Shown here one piece after another: positions 21,540 to 31,509 of a DNA stretch of 64,000 nucleotides. The translations under genes and the position numbers were made by a program. The notes under the pieces were generated by a model, which worked only from the letters and a program-made list of their open reading frames with translations, did no database searches and was not told the DNA's origin. Position 1 is the stretch's first letter. Every line of letters starts with the position of its first letter. This stretch comes from an uncultured Methanoregulaceae archaeon (lineage in GTDB: Archaea; Halobacteriota; Methanomicrobia; Methanomicrobiales; Methanospirillaceae): contig OY970061.1 of NCBI GenBank assembly GCA_963705255.1, positions 640,001 to 704,000 on the forward strand, given 5' to 3'.

Positions 21540-22757
21540 TCAATCGAGGTTCCGGCTGCAGCCGCACAGTATTGCCGCTTCTGACACGGCTTTTGCAACG
21601 GCCTGCGTCACACCCTTGTCAAGGATGTTGGGAAGGATCCGGTCATGGCGGGGTTTTTGTACATACTCCGCAATTGCATGCGCTGCTGCGATCTTCATCT
21701 CATCCGTGATACGGGTCGCGCGGGCATCGAGGGCACCGCGGAAGATCCCCGGGAAAGCGAGAACGTTGTTGATCTGGTTGGGGAAATCGCTTCTCCCGGT
21801 CCCTACGACGACAGCCCCTGCGTGCCTGGCAGCGTCCGGCCAGATTTCAGGGACCGGATTTGCCATGGCGAATACGATGGCATCCCTGTTCATCGACCTG
21901 ACCATCTCTTCAGAGAGGACGTCCGGGGCAGAGACGCCGATAAAAACGTCTGCGCCTCTCACCGCGTCAGCGAGAGACCCGCAGAGTGCCGGCTTGTTGG
22001 TCTCTTCGGCAATGATAAACTTGTACTTGTTCTTGTAGAGTCCTTCACGTCCCCGGAAGATGGTCCCCTTGGTGTCGCAGACAATGATCTCATTGACCGT
22101 TGTACAGACGTCCGGGTTATACCCGATGCATTTCAGCAGCCGGGTGATTGCAAAACCTGCTGCTCCGGCACCACAGATCACGATATTCAGGTCAGGGTAT
22201 TTTTTGCCGGTGACTTTGCAGGCATTCAGAAGTGCTGCGAGAACAACAACCGCAGTTCCGTGCTGGTCGTCGTGCATAACCGGTATCCCGATGTCCTGAA
22301 GCGCGTCCTCGACCTCAAAACATTTCGGGGCTGCAATATCCTCTAGGTTGATGCCCCCGAAGACTGGTGCAATATTTTTTACCTGGTCAGTAAAATCGGT
22401 CTCATAGCTCTCGAAACAGATCGGGAATGCATCGACACCGGCAAACTCCTTGAAAAGGATCGCTTTTCCCTCCATGACCGGGATCGCTGCGTATCCCCCG
22501 ATGTTCCCAAGACCGAGAACGGCAGAGCCGTCGGTGACTATCGCAATGGTATTCGCTTTAAGCGTATACTTATAGGCGAGGTTCCTGTCTTTTATGATCT
22601 CACGGCACACTTCGGCAACGCCCGGCGTATACGCCCGGGAAAGGTCGGCCTTATCCCTCAACGGTACTTTCGGTCGGATCTCAAGTTTCCCGTGGTGCTT
22701 TGCATGCAGGGCAAGCGCTTCGGCGTAGATCTCGTCACTTCCTGGTGAAAACTGCAA
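21540..22757 (-). CDS. NAD(P)-dependent malic enzyme
   Basis: AYTPGVA, TDGSAVLGLGNIG, VMEGK, NLEDI, HDDQHGT, GAGAAG and NQINNVLAFPG motifs. Probable TTG start at 22757 after AGGAAGG. Confidence 0.93.
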   Translation of the reverse strand: MQFSPGSDEIYAEALALHAKHHGKLEIRPKVPLRDKADLSRAYTPGVAEVCREIIKDRNLAYKYTLKANTIAIVTDGSAVLGLGNIGGYAAIPVMEGKAILFKEFAGVDAFPICFESYETDFTDQVKNIAPVFGGINLEDIAAPKCFEVEDALQDIGIPVMHDDQHGTAVVVLAALLNACKVTGKKYPDLNIVICGAGAAGFAITRLLKCIGYNPDVCTTVNEIIVCDTKGTIFRGREGLYKNKYKFIIAEETNKPALCGSLADAVRGADVFIGVSAPDVLSEEMVRSMNRDAIVFAMANPVPEIWPDAARHAGAVVVGTGRSDFPNQINNVLAFPGIFRGALDARATRITDEMKIAAAHAIAEYVQKPRHDRILPNILDKGVTQAVAKAVSEAAILCGCSRNLD

Positions 22758-22986
22758 CCGGATCCTTCCTGTACGAGAAAATGTCGGGACAGGTAAAGAA
22801 GTTAGTGGTAGGACAGGAGTAATGCCAAAGGGCAATGGTCCCGGCACTGTACCAATGTCTGCGATTATCTGCCGGGTCGTTAAGAAGATTATAAGGCAAG
22901 GATGAACAACTATATACGTTAAGGTATAACTTAGTCAATCGGCCTGCTGAAAACTCAGGTACTCTACTATTACGGATGTATCTGTC

Positions 22987-23085
22987 ATGAAGTCAAAAGA
23001 TATTGCAATTGTCGGGATCCTGCTTGCCGTCGGTGCGATTGTCAGCTGCGTCTACGCATCCCTTTATGTCAACCAGATCCTCTGA
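22987..23085 (+). pseudogene. 32-aa ORF resembling the N-terminus of an ECF S-component/TrpP-like transporter (truncated or internally deleted)
   Basis: MKSKDIAIVGILLAVGAIVSCVYASLYVNQIL*. The first helix has the K.IA..G.L.A pattern of S-components, and a TATA-like box lies upstream. Confidence 0.45.
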
Positions 23086-23141
23086 AGATTCAGAAGTTTA
23101 AAAAGGGGACAGATACGGTTCCGGAAGTTTTTAAAACAAGA

Positions 23142-23213
23142 CGCCCCGGCCGGGACTTGAACCCGGGTCAAAAGCTCCGCAGGCTTCTAGGATGTCCACT
23201 ACCCCACCGGGAC
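23142..23213 (-). tRNA. tRNA-Arg (GCG)
   Basis: Cloverleaf: acceptor GTCCCGG/CCGGGGC, anticodon arm GAAGC-CTGCGGA-GCTTT, T-loop TTCAAGT. No encoded CCA. Confidence 0.95.
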
Positions 23214-23308
23214 GCAATTACTGCCTGCCTTACTTTAAACGTTTTCATCGCTTAAATAATTGACCATAAAAGAATTATTTTCATGGTTTTGATCCATTGC
23301 CGGGAACA

Positions 23309-24079
23309 TTACGTTAAAAAAATTGGTCCAATCTGGTTTAATCTTTTGACATATGCCTGAGTCTCGCACTCGGTGGTAGAGAGATCGACACTCTCGTTGA
23401 GATTCTGTGAGGGTTTAACCCAGAAACCGACGGTGGGCGTCACGTTGAATCCCTTCATTTCAATCAGCAGTTGGCCGGGAGTATTTATCTGGATCGTCTT
23501 GTTCAGGTTTTGGTCATACTTGGTGCCAAACCCGTCCTGGGTATAAATTTCACCGGTTGTTGCGTTTCTGACCGTGACCTCAAAATAGGAATACGGCGCG
23601 TAATACGAGTATGGAATCGTGCTTCCTGCTTGATTGTTGTATTGTGATTGTGATATCTTCGTGCCGGTAACATTGAAAGGATTGGTGAGAGTGTAGTTGA
23701 TATACATGGGCGGATTCTTGAGATCAAAACTCTTTGCGATCGTCTTGACTTGAAAGGTCATGTTAAAGCTATCCTTGTAGATCAGGCAGACTTGGTCTTC
23801 AGGAACCGGGGTAAAAACCGGCTGCGTCTGGTACAGGGTGGGAGTGCTGGTCTGGGTCGGGTAAACTGTTGCCTGGGCAACTAACGCCGGTGTCGTCATT
23901 CCCGGGTTTGCCTGACCCGCATTACTATTTGTGGTGCCGGAAGAGGACCCTCCTTCACCTCCTGTCACGGTCTCTGCTGGAGGAACTACATCCTTTGGCG
24001 GCGCCACGCATCCGGAAAACAGCGCAATGGATAGCATGAGGATTGCAAAAGCCACGGGCAGGAATTTTATGTTCATCAT
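23309..24079 (-). CDS. Hypothetical lipoprotein-like surface protein
   Basis: Signal peptide ending FSGC, a Thr/Pro linker, and a beta-rich domain (PPMYINY, FEVTVRN..TGEI...DGFG). Confidence 0.75.
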   Translation of the reverse strand: MMNIKFLPVAFAILMLSIALFSGCVAPPKDVVPPAETVTGGEGGSSSGTTNSNAGQANPGMTTPALVAQATVYPTQTSTPTLYQTQPVFTPVPEDQVCLIYKDSFNMTFQVKTIAKSFDLKNPPMYINYTLTNPFNVTGTKISQSQYNNQAGSTIPYSYYAPYSYFEVTVRNATTGEIYTQDGFGTKYDQNLNKTIQINTPGQLLIEMKGFNVTPTVGFWVKPSQNLNESVDLSTTECETQAYVKRLNQIGPIFLT

Positions 24080-24503
24080 CCACAGTACAGGTTTTCATGG
24101 ATATTAAGTATTTCAAAAAATGCGATCAGAGTCGTCTTTGATGGTTATTTCTCGATCATGAATTATAGGGTCGAGTAATGACTTGATGCTGGTAAAAATT
24201 GAGTGGTACGCCGGTTTTGCAGGATATATGATTACCTGAAACACCAATCCGGGTCCTGCCGATAAAATTGAGATACCGGTCATTTATCCGTATGACCCTG
24301 TTATCGCTATCGAGTACAGAATACGATCATGGACCTATCCGGACATCGAGTCCAGAAGAACCCGCAATAATAATAAAAAACCAAATTAATAATAATACGA
24401 CATCGTTATATCAGTTCATTCAATAAAAAATAATTATGTCATGTCGACAAATAAACAATCATACCTTCAGAGCACTGAGTAATATCAACATCTTACGGAG
24501 AAA

Positions 24504-25805
24504 TTGCTGATGGCAGACATAAAAAAATGCGCATTTCTTTTATTGATCCTATGTATAGGATTGATTGCCCCGGTTACGGCCGGAACGAAATATATGGCAG
24601 GGAGTCCGGAACTGTCTGCTTATATCTCGGGGACAAATCAATTTGAAGCGGGAGACACGGTTCAGCTGGCTATCGTAATTCAGAACACCGGTCTCAACGA
24701 ATTTAAATTTGTTGATTCAGGAATTGTTGACCGCACTGACCTCCCGAACACGGCAAAATTTCTTACTGCTGCCATCCAGCCGAGCTATGCGCCTATTATA
24801 ATAAAATCTGATGCGCAGATGCTGGGAGATCTTGACGGAGGCAGCACCGTCAATGCGGTCTTCTCAACAAAAATCAATTCTGATGCTGCTGCCGGCATTT
24901 ACAATATCCCCCTGTGGCTGAATTATACATATCTGTATACAGCAGACCAATACGGTGAAGATACCATCAGGTATACCTATAAAACCGAAAACGTGACGGT
25001 AAATGTCCCGATCAACATAACACCGGATGTCTCTGTCGCTGTACTTTCAGCAACACCCGAAGACCTGAATGTCGGCACTGAAGGTTACATCAATATGACG
25101 ATCAAAAATACCGGTTATGAGGATGGAAGCAAATCAATTGTCAGGATTCTTCAGAACGGTCAGAGCCCTATTGTACCGGTTGACAGCAGTGTCTACATCG
25201 GGGATTTTCCCGCAGGAAGCGTTGTCAACTGCACGTACAAGGTGGCAGTCACCAGCGATGCACAGAAACAAACGTATCCTGTCGATGTTGTGGTAGTCTA
25301 CCAGAATACCGAGGGCGACTATGTTACTTCCCGGAGCGATACCTTTGGTATACCGGTCGGAGGCAAAGTTGATTTTGATGTCATCTCCCCGCCGTCTGTG
25401 CTCAATCCCGGAGAGAAAAATGCCATAACGGTTGGATTTAAAAACACCGGTGATGCCACGGTCTACAGTGCCCAGGCCCTTATCAGCGCTGTAGATCCAT
25501 TTACCAGCGATGATGATATTGCCTTCCTTGGAGACCTGAGTCCTGGTCAATCGGCAACTGCTTCATATATTGTCAGTGTCGACCGTACAGCCAACATCAA
25601 AGAGTACGGACTGGACTCACAGATTCAATACCGTGACGCGCTGGACAATGCCTATACATCAGATACTATGAAAGTCACGGTAGATGTAACTCGACCGGCG
25701 GGGGTTAACGCTATAGTTTCAAATCCCATCTATCTGGTCATAATTATCGCGGCGATAATCGGGATCGTTTATTTGGTAAACAGATACCGGAAGAAAAATA
25801 AATAA
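24504..25805 (+). CDS. COG1361 S-layer-domain family protein
   Basis: Signal peptide, repeated NTG / LGDL.PG Ig-like units, and a C-terminal TM helix with a basic tail. Confidence 0.85.
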   Translation: MLMADIKKCAFLLLILCIGLIAPVTAGTKYMAGSPELSAYISGTNQFEAGDTVQLAIVIQNTGLNEFKFVDSGIVDRTDLPNTAKFLTAAIQPSYAPIIIKSDAQMLGDLDGGSTVNAVFSTKINSDAAAGIYNIPLWLNYTYLYTADQYGEDTIRYTYKTENVTVNVPINITPDVSVAVLSATPEDLNVGTEGYINMTIKNTGYEDGSKSIVRILQNGQSPIVPVDSSVYIGDFPAGSVVNCTYKVAVTSDAQKQTYPVDVVVVYQNTEGDYVTSRSDTFGIPVGGKVDFDVISPPSVLNPGEKNAITVGFKNTGDATVYSAQALISAVDPFTSDDDIAFLGDLSPGQSATASYIVSVDRTANIKEYGLDSQIQYRDALDNAYTSDTMKVTVDVTRPAGVNAIVSNPIYLVIIIAAIIGIVYLVNRYRKKNK

Positions 25806-26516
25806 TCCGCGAATGAGGGGTTTTACAATCCACATTCTTGTTATATCCTCTGAAAAACTTCCCGGGAAAGAGTAATTAGGTGAGCACTTCAACTCTCTTG
25901 GTAAAATTCCGAACCTTTTTCGGTAATGTAACAGAGTACATGAGATCGGGTAAAGGATAAATCCAGATCCTAAATTTTTTTATTTTACGACGATATTTTC
26001 GAAAAAAATTTTGTAACCAAAATGGAAAGAGAAAAAGTTTCAATGAATCACGGTATAGCTTTTCGCGTTATGGAATCTGTATACAAGTCTATCGCTTTGT
26101 GGGAGTCGCAACAGCGGTGGGGTCAACCGAAGGCTGTAAAGAAGATTTCCATGGGAAAATCTCTGGCTGCGGAGCCTTTGTTCGAAGAATCCTGCGGGTT
26201 CTTTTCGTGTCTCCACTCTTCGTGATTCAACATGCCGCAGCCCCCAGGAGCGTGAGAATTACTGATAGGAGTGCTGTTTACAAAAGATTTTATGTAAAAA
26301 TCAGGAACTAAAATAGCACTTTATCCTACCCGTTTACTTCGATCATTTTGAGTAAAGCCATCATACTTTATCCTATCGTATCAACGGAACTCTTTATCGG
26401 AGCCGAAACATCGGGTGAAAAGTCAGAATATATATATACCGTCGTGATTAACCATTAATCCAAACAAAACAGAGTTAAATCAAGTAATTTTTAATTAATA
26501 CCAACGGGGTGATAAC

Positions 26517-26800
26517 ATGGATATCACGGAAGGTTTTCTTCTTCTTCACGGAGGTATTTCCCGGACTGCGGTCTCTCTCTGTTTGCAGAGAAGGAATTTA
26601 CCGGTTGGACCGTCGGTTGGTGAGAGCAGCGACAGGCTGTCCCTCCCCGCGGTGGCAGGGGCCTTCATTTTTCTTCTCTCGTCACTCAGGATGTGCTCCG
26701 TGACGGGAAGGTGCTCCTATCAGACCGGGACCGGGTTTGGTGCGGACATTTCTGGTCTCAGTATCGGTACTTATTCTCAGTGCTATCGCTCTCGATGGAA
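26517..26800 (+). pseudogene. cbiM: Decayed, truncated cobalt ECF transporter S-component
   Basis: Fragments across frames: MDITEGFL (cf. MHIMEGFL), GIYRL..RLVR, and [34 protein letters not shown] (cf. [33 protein letters not shown]). The metal-binding His residues are lost. Directly upstream of cbiA. Confidence 0.8.
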
Positions 26801-26843
26801 GCACTATCCGGATCAAGACACCCATTCTGGCCGGCGATGATGC

Positions 26844-28169
26844 ATGACCATCCCGCGTATTCTCATTGCCGGGACTCATAGCGGGTGCGGAAAGACGACT
26901 GTCGCAAGCGGGATCATGGCAGCTCTTGTTGCCCGCGGGCTGACGGTTCAGCCGTTCAAGGTCGGCCCTGACTTTATCGACCCCTCGCACCATACTTCCA
27001 TCTGCGGCCGGTCTTCAAGAAACGTGGACCCTTTTATGATGGGCGAAGACGGGTGCGCCAGTACATTCTCGCGGGCAACGGCAGACGCTGATATTGCGGT
27101 CATCGAAGGCGTCATGGGAATGTTTGACGGGGTCGACGGATCGGATCTTTCAAGCACTGCGCATGTCGCACGGATCCTCCATGCACCTGTCATCCTTGTC
27201 GTAGATGCCAAAGGAATGTCGCGGAGTGTCCATGCTCTGGTGAAAGGATTCCGTGAATATGATCCATCCCTGGACATTGCAGGGATAATCGTGAACAGGA
27301 TCGGGAGCCCGCGTCACCGGGATATGATAGGATCTTTCCTGCAGGTACCGGTATTCGGATGGATCCCGAAGAGGGAGGATATCACCGTCGGGAGCCGTCA
27401 TCTCGGCCTCGTCATGGCCCATGAGTCCGGAGTACTGAATGAAACAGGCCGTCTCATCGAAGAGTTTTGCAACCTGGACGCGATCACTGCTGCTGCCGGA
27501 ACTGCCCCCCCCCTTGTCTCAGTTTCCCGCAAGGAACACGGGGAACCGATCCGTGCCCGTATCGGTGTGGCTATAGACTCTGCATTCTGTTTTTATTACC
27601 AGGACAATTTCGATCGCCTCCTGACCATGGGTGCAGATCTTGTATTTTTCAGCCCGTTGTCGGACCGGCTTCCCGATGTCGATGGGGTGTATCTTGGCGG
27701 CGGGTATCCGGAACTCCACCTCAGGTCTCTGGAAACATGCAGGTGCAGGGACGACATCAGGTGCCTGGTGGATAAGGGGATGCCGCTCTATGCAGAATGT
27801 GGCGGGCTCATGTATCTCACCCGCGAGATCACAGCAGAAAAAACGTACCGGATGGCAGGTGTACTTCCGGCAGTCTCGGAAATGACCGGCCGTATCCAGG
27901 CGCTGGGGTATGTCAAAGGCGAAGCAATCGGGAACTGTTCATTTATCTCCGGAAAACAGGAAATTCTCGGCCATGAATTCCATTACTCGCGGATCGTTCC
28001 GGATACTGATGCTCGATATGCCTTCAGTCTTTCCCGCGGAAAGGGAATAGCCGGCGGGCAGGACGGGCTCATCGCACACAATGCCCTTGGCTCATATACC
28101 CATTCATATTTCTCTCCTGCCTTTGCGAAAGACTTCATCGGTGCTGCTGCCAGGTTCTCCAGCGAATAA
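26844..28169 (+). CDS. cbiA: Cobyrinate a,c-diamide synthase (CbiA/CobB family; CfbB paralogue not excluded)
   Basis: SGCGKTT, FKVGPDFIDP, EGVMGMFDG, SRHLGL, AFCFYY, GGGYPE, AECGG and GHEFHYS motifs. Confidence 0.9.
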   Translation: MTIPRILIAGTHSGCGKTTVASGIMAALVARGLTVQPFKVGPDFIDPSHHTSICGRSSRNVDPFMMGEDGCASTFSRATADADIAVIEGVMGMFDGVDGSDLSSTAHVARILHAPVILVVDAKGMSRSVHALVKGFREYDPSLDIAGIIVNRIGSPRHRDMIGSFLQVPVFGWIPKREDITVGSRHLGLVMAHESGVLNETGRLIEEFCNLDAITAAAGTAPPLVSVSRKEHGEPIRARIGVAIDSAFCFYYQDNFDRLLTMGADLVFFSPLSDRLPDVDGVYLGGGYPELHLRSLETCRCRDDIRCLVDKGMPLYAECGGLMYLTREITAEKTYRMAGVLPAVSEMTGRIQALGYVKGEAIGNCSFISGKQEILGHEFHYSRIVPDTDARYAFSLSRGKGIAGGQDGLIAHNALGSYTHSYFSPAFAKDFIGAAARFSSE

Positions 28170-28416
28170 ACCTGATAGCTGTTGCCTGTCAGACAGGATT
28201 TTCACTTTCCTGTCCATGAGATAAATGACAGAATCGCCGCCGCAGAGGGAGCGATGAGAGCCCCTTACTGATTGCGAATAATTTTTTTTTTGACTTTTTC
28301 ATTCAGTACCTAATCCGGCTGGTTGTTTTTTCGGCCCGGACAAACGTTGTAAAACCGGAAATAAATATGTACTCAACAAGAACCGGACCACGAGGTTCTG
28401 TAAAAAAATTTGGTGA

Positions 28417-29067
28417 TTATGCTGTTCCTGCACTGTCATAGAGCAGGGCCAGGTAGCGGGAATAGAAGAGAACCAGGAATGGCAAGATGATGAGCAGGAT
28501 GACGATCCCGACTTTCGGGATGAGCATACAGATGCCTTCGATAATTCCCAGGATAATGACCATGATGATCAGTGCGATGATGTAGGGAACCCACCCGATC
28601 TTGCCAATATGGGCGAAGATTGCATCGAAGTTGAACGCTTCCCCGAAACTGCCGGTGCGGGCAAAACGGACATACGCAGTCGCTGTGATCAGGCCGATTA
28701 CGACTGCCACAATGACGAGGAGGATCGCGATGGCTCCAGCACCTGCCAGGCCGGTCATCATGGCAGATGTATTCCCGGTCATCATGGCCGATGCCATGAC
28801 CGTCCCCAGTGCAAGGAATTCCAGGATGAGGATCGGTATGGCATAGATTAGCGCCACGACAAACAATTTGACCCCGTCGATAAATAACCCTCCCCAGTCC
28901 CCGAGTTCCGGCGAAGGGGCAGCACCCTTGAAGATCCGCATCATGTATCCCAGAATGAACGGGAAGATAATACAGCTGATGATCAGCAGGATCCACTTCA
29001 CCCACTTTCCAACGAGACCCTCCTTGGCATACGCAAAAGAGTCACCTACCATTTTTCCGTAATCCAT
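28417..29067 (-). CDS. DUF4013 family membrane protein
   Basis: F.YAK..L...W..W, LGY..RI, P....W..LFIDG.KL and GSFGEAFNF motifs, with multiple TM helices. Confidence 0.85.
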   Translation of the reverse strand: MDYGKMVGDSFAYAKEGLVGKWVKWILLIISCIIFPFILGYMMRIFKGAAPSPELGDWGGLFIDGVKLFVVALIYAIPILILEFLALGTVMASAMMTGNTSAMMTGLAGAGAIAILLVIVAVVIGLITATAYVRFARTGSFGEAFNFDAIFAHIGKIGWVPYIIALIIMVIILGIIEGICMLIPKVGIVILLIILPFLVLFYSRYLALLYDSAGTA

Positions 29068-29199
29068 ACAATTCACCACAGTAATTATTCTGAACCATCC
29101 GTGACTTTCCATGCCACAAACGATTTAAAGAACTGACAACTTCGCAAAATATAAATTTATCGCAAAATTTGCGTCTGAATCGAAAAATATTGATAAAAT

Positions 29200-30685
29200 T
29201 CAGTGCCTGAAGTACCGGACGCCCGTAAAAACCATTGCCATGTGGAGACGGTTCGCTGCTTCGATCACTTCCTTGTCGCGGATGGAGCCGCCCGGCTGGA
29301 CGAGGGCAGTTGCCCCTGCTGCAGCCGCAACTTCAAGGGTATCCGGGAACGGGAGGAACGCATCTGAGGCTACGGAAGATCCTTTCAGCGAGGCACATGC
29401 CTTCGCAATGGCAATCTTTGCGGAATCCACCCTGCTCATCTGGCCGGCGCCGATTCCCAGGGTGCGGTTCCGGTCCGCAAAGATGATAGTATTGCTTTTT
29501 GTGTGCCTGCACACTTTCCAGGCCAGCTGAAGAGCCTTCATCTCATCGGCGGACGGGTCACGATCAGTAATAACCTGCCAGTGCTCCTGGTACAGGGGGA
29601 GTCCGCTGGGTCAGGACCCCACCGTCAATGGTCCGGATTTCATCAGATTCGGATCTTTGGGGAAGGGGGAGCACCCGCATGGTCTCTTTCTTTTTCATGA
29701 CTTCAAGGGAATCATGAGAGAACGAAGGGGCAACAATGACTTCGACATACGTTTTGCAGATCTCTTCTGCTGTCTTCCGGGTTATTTCCCGGTTCAGGCA
29801 GGCAACCGAGCCATACGCCGAGACCGGATCAACTTCCCGTGCCGTAAGATACGCATCAAGAATATCCGGGCTGGTCGCAACACCGCAGGGGTTATTGTGC
29901 TTGACAATAACGGCGGCCGGCTCGTCAAATTCGCGGAGGAGTGCCGCACCGGCATTGACATCCAGGTAATTATTGTAGGACATCTGTTTTCCCTGAAGGG
30001 GTTCCGTCCCCGCGATCCCCCGGCTGCCATACACTGCTGCCAGCTGATGGGGGTTCTCGCCGTACCGCAATGCACGGCCGTGACTGAACTGGACGGTAAA
30101 TGTCTCCGGGAACGGGGAGTCAAGCCTGTACAGGTAATTACTGATCGCTGCGTCATAGGCCGCTGTCCGTGCAAATGCTTTCTTCGCAAGCCGGAAACGC
30201 TCTTCAGCAGAAATGCCATCACTCCGTATAGCATGGATAATTTCCGGGTAGTCCTCAGGATCAACGACGACAGCGACATCCTTGTAATTTTTTGCTGCTG
30301 CCCTGATCATGGCAGGGCCGCCGACATCGATATACTCGATCATTGATTCGAGGTTCAGCTCTTTCTGCAACATTGCCTCGAAAGGATACAGGTTCACGAC
30401 CAGCAGGTCGATACGACTAATGCCATGTTTTGCCATGACCGCATCATCTATCTGCCTGCGGCCGAGAAGTCCCCCGTGGACCTTGGGGTGAAGTGTCTTG
30501 ACCCGACCGTCCATCATCTCGGGAAAACCGGTGTAACTTGACACTTCCGTAAATTTCACCCCGGCTCCGGCAAGGGCCTTTCCCGTGCCCCCGGAACTCA
30601 TGATATTGTACTTCAGTTCGGCCAGCACCTGCGCAAACTCAATAATACCCTTCTTGTCCCAGACTGAGAGCAATGCCCACTTCAT
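29200..30685 (-). CDS. purH: Bifunctional AICAR transformylase/IMP cyclohydrolase; apparent frameshift in a homopolymer near 29597
   Basis: [25 protein letters not shown] and KHNNPCG motifs. The C-terminal [24 protein letters not shown] and R.FRH lie in ORF 29200..29541. Confidence 0.95.
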
Positions 30686-30963
30686 GGTCTAGTGTATGCT
30701 GGACAGGAAAGAAAAAGGTATGGAGATACAATCCCCGTATGCTGATTATTGTCCAAAAGGAAATTTTCACCGGAAATTTTTTAAATTAAATTACTATTCA
30801 ACTGCAATTAAAGCGCTTGCCATGCTCGGTTGTTTAATCATAAGATTAATTCAGCCCTGTTCTCCAAAACAACCTCATTTCATCGAATCCTGAACGGAGA
30901 AGATGTCAATATTTATATAGAACTACAATACAATAGTTATTTGAACATCGAACGGGATGTACT

Positions 30964-31506
30964 ATGGACGATGCAGAACGCAAGTCAGAACAGGACGAAG
31001 AGCAGGAATTTCCTTCACCGGAAACCCTGCTCCCCGAATCCCCCTCTAGTGCACAGGAACTGGAGAAGCAGAAAAAAGCTCTGAGTGATCTGAATGATCA
31101 GTTCCTGAGACTTGCTGCTGATTTTGAAAATTTTAAAAAACGTACTGCACGTGAACGGGAATCGGTTGCGGCTCTCGCGAACGAACGGTTCGCAGTCGAT
31201 CTCCTCGAGGTTCTTGACAATTTTGAACGGGCTCTCAGGGCGGACGACCTGCACCTGCGTGAAGGCGTCACGCAGATCCGGCAACTCCTCGCGGAACAGC
31301 TGGGGCGTCACGGCATCACACCCATAGAATCACTGAAAAGACCATTCAATCCCGCGGAACATGAAGCGATAGTTCACGTCCCCTCGGATGAGACCGAAGG
31401 GACAGTTATCGATGAAATATCCCGCGGGTACCGGATGAATGACAAAGTGATCAGGTACGCAAAAGTGGCTGTATCAAAAGGAAATCAGAGAGATCAGGAG
31501 GCATAA
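30964..31506 (+). CDS. grpE: Nucleotide exchange factor GrpE
   Basis: LRLAADFENFKKR, FNP.EHEA and GY......IR.AKVAV motifs. Confidence 0.95.
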   Translation: MDDAERKSEQDEEQEFPSPETLLPESPSSAQELEKQKKALSDLNDQFLRLAADFENFKKRTARERESVAALANERFAVDLLEVLDNFERALRADDLHLREGVTQIRQLLAEQLGRHGITPIESLKRPFNPAEHEAIVHVPSDETEGTVIDEISRGYRMNDKVIRYAKVAVSKGNQRDQEA

Positions 31507-31509
31507 ATT

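Noticed and set aside
21156-21567. Overlapping ORFs between thioredoxin and malic enzyme
   Set aside because: No recognisable motifs in any frame. The ATGA overlap at 21204 is suggestive but not enough to call a gene.
26022-26311. Short ORFs and a possible decayed lipoprotein on the minus strand
   Set aside because: Similarity is too weak and is interrupted by a stop codon. No family could be assigned.
26400-26843. Cobalamin riboswitch upstream of cbiA
   Set aside because: No convincing B12-box architecture. The region is explained by the cbiM pseudogene.
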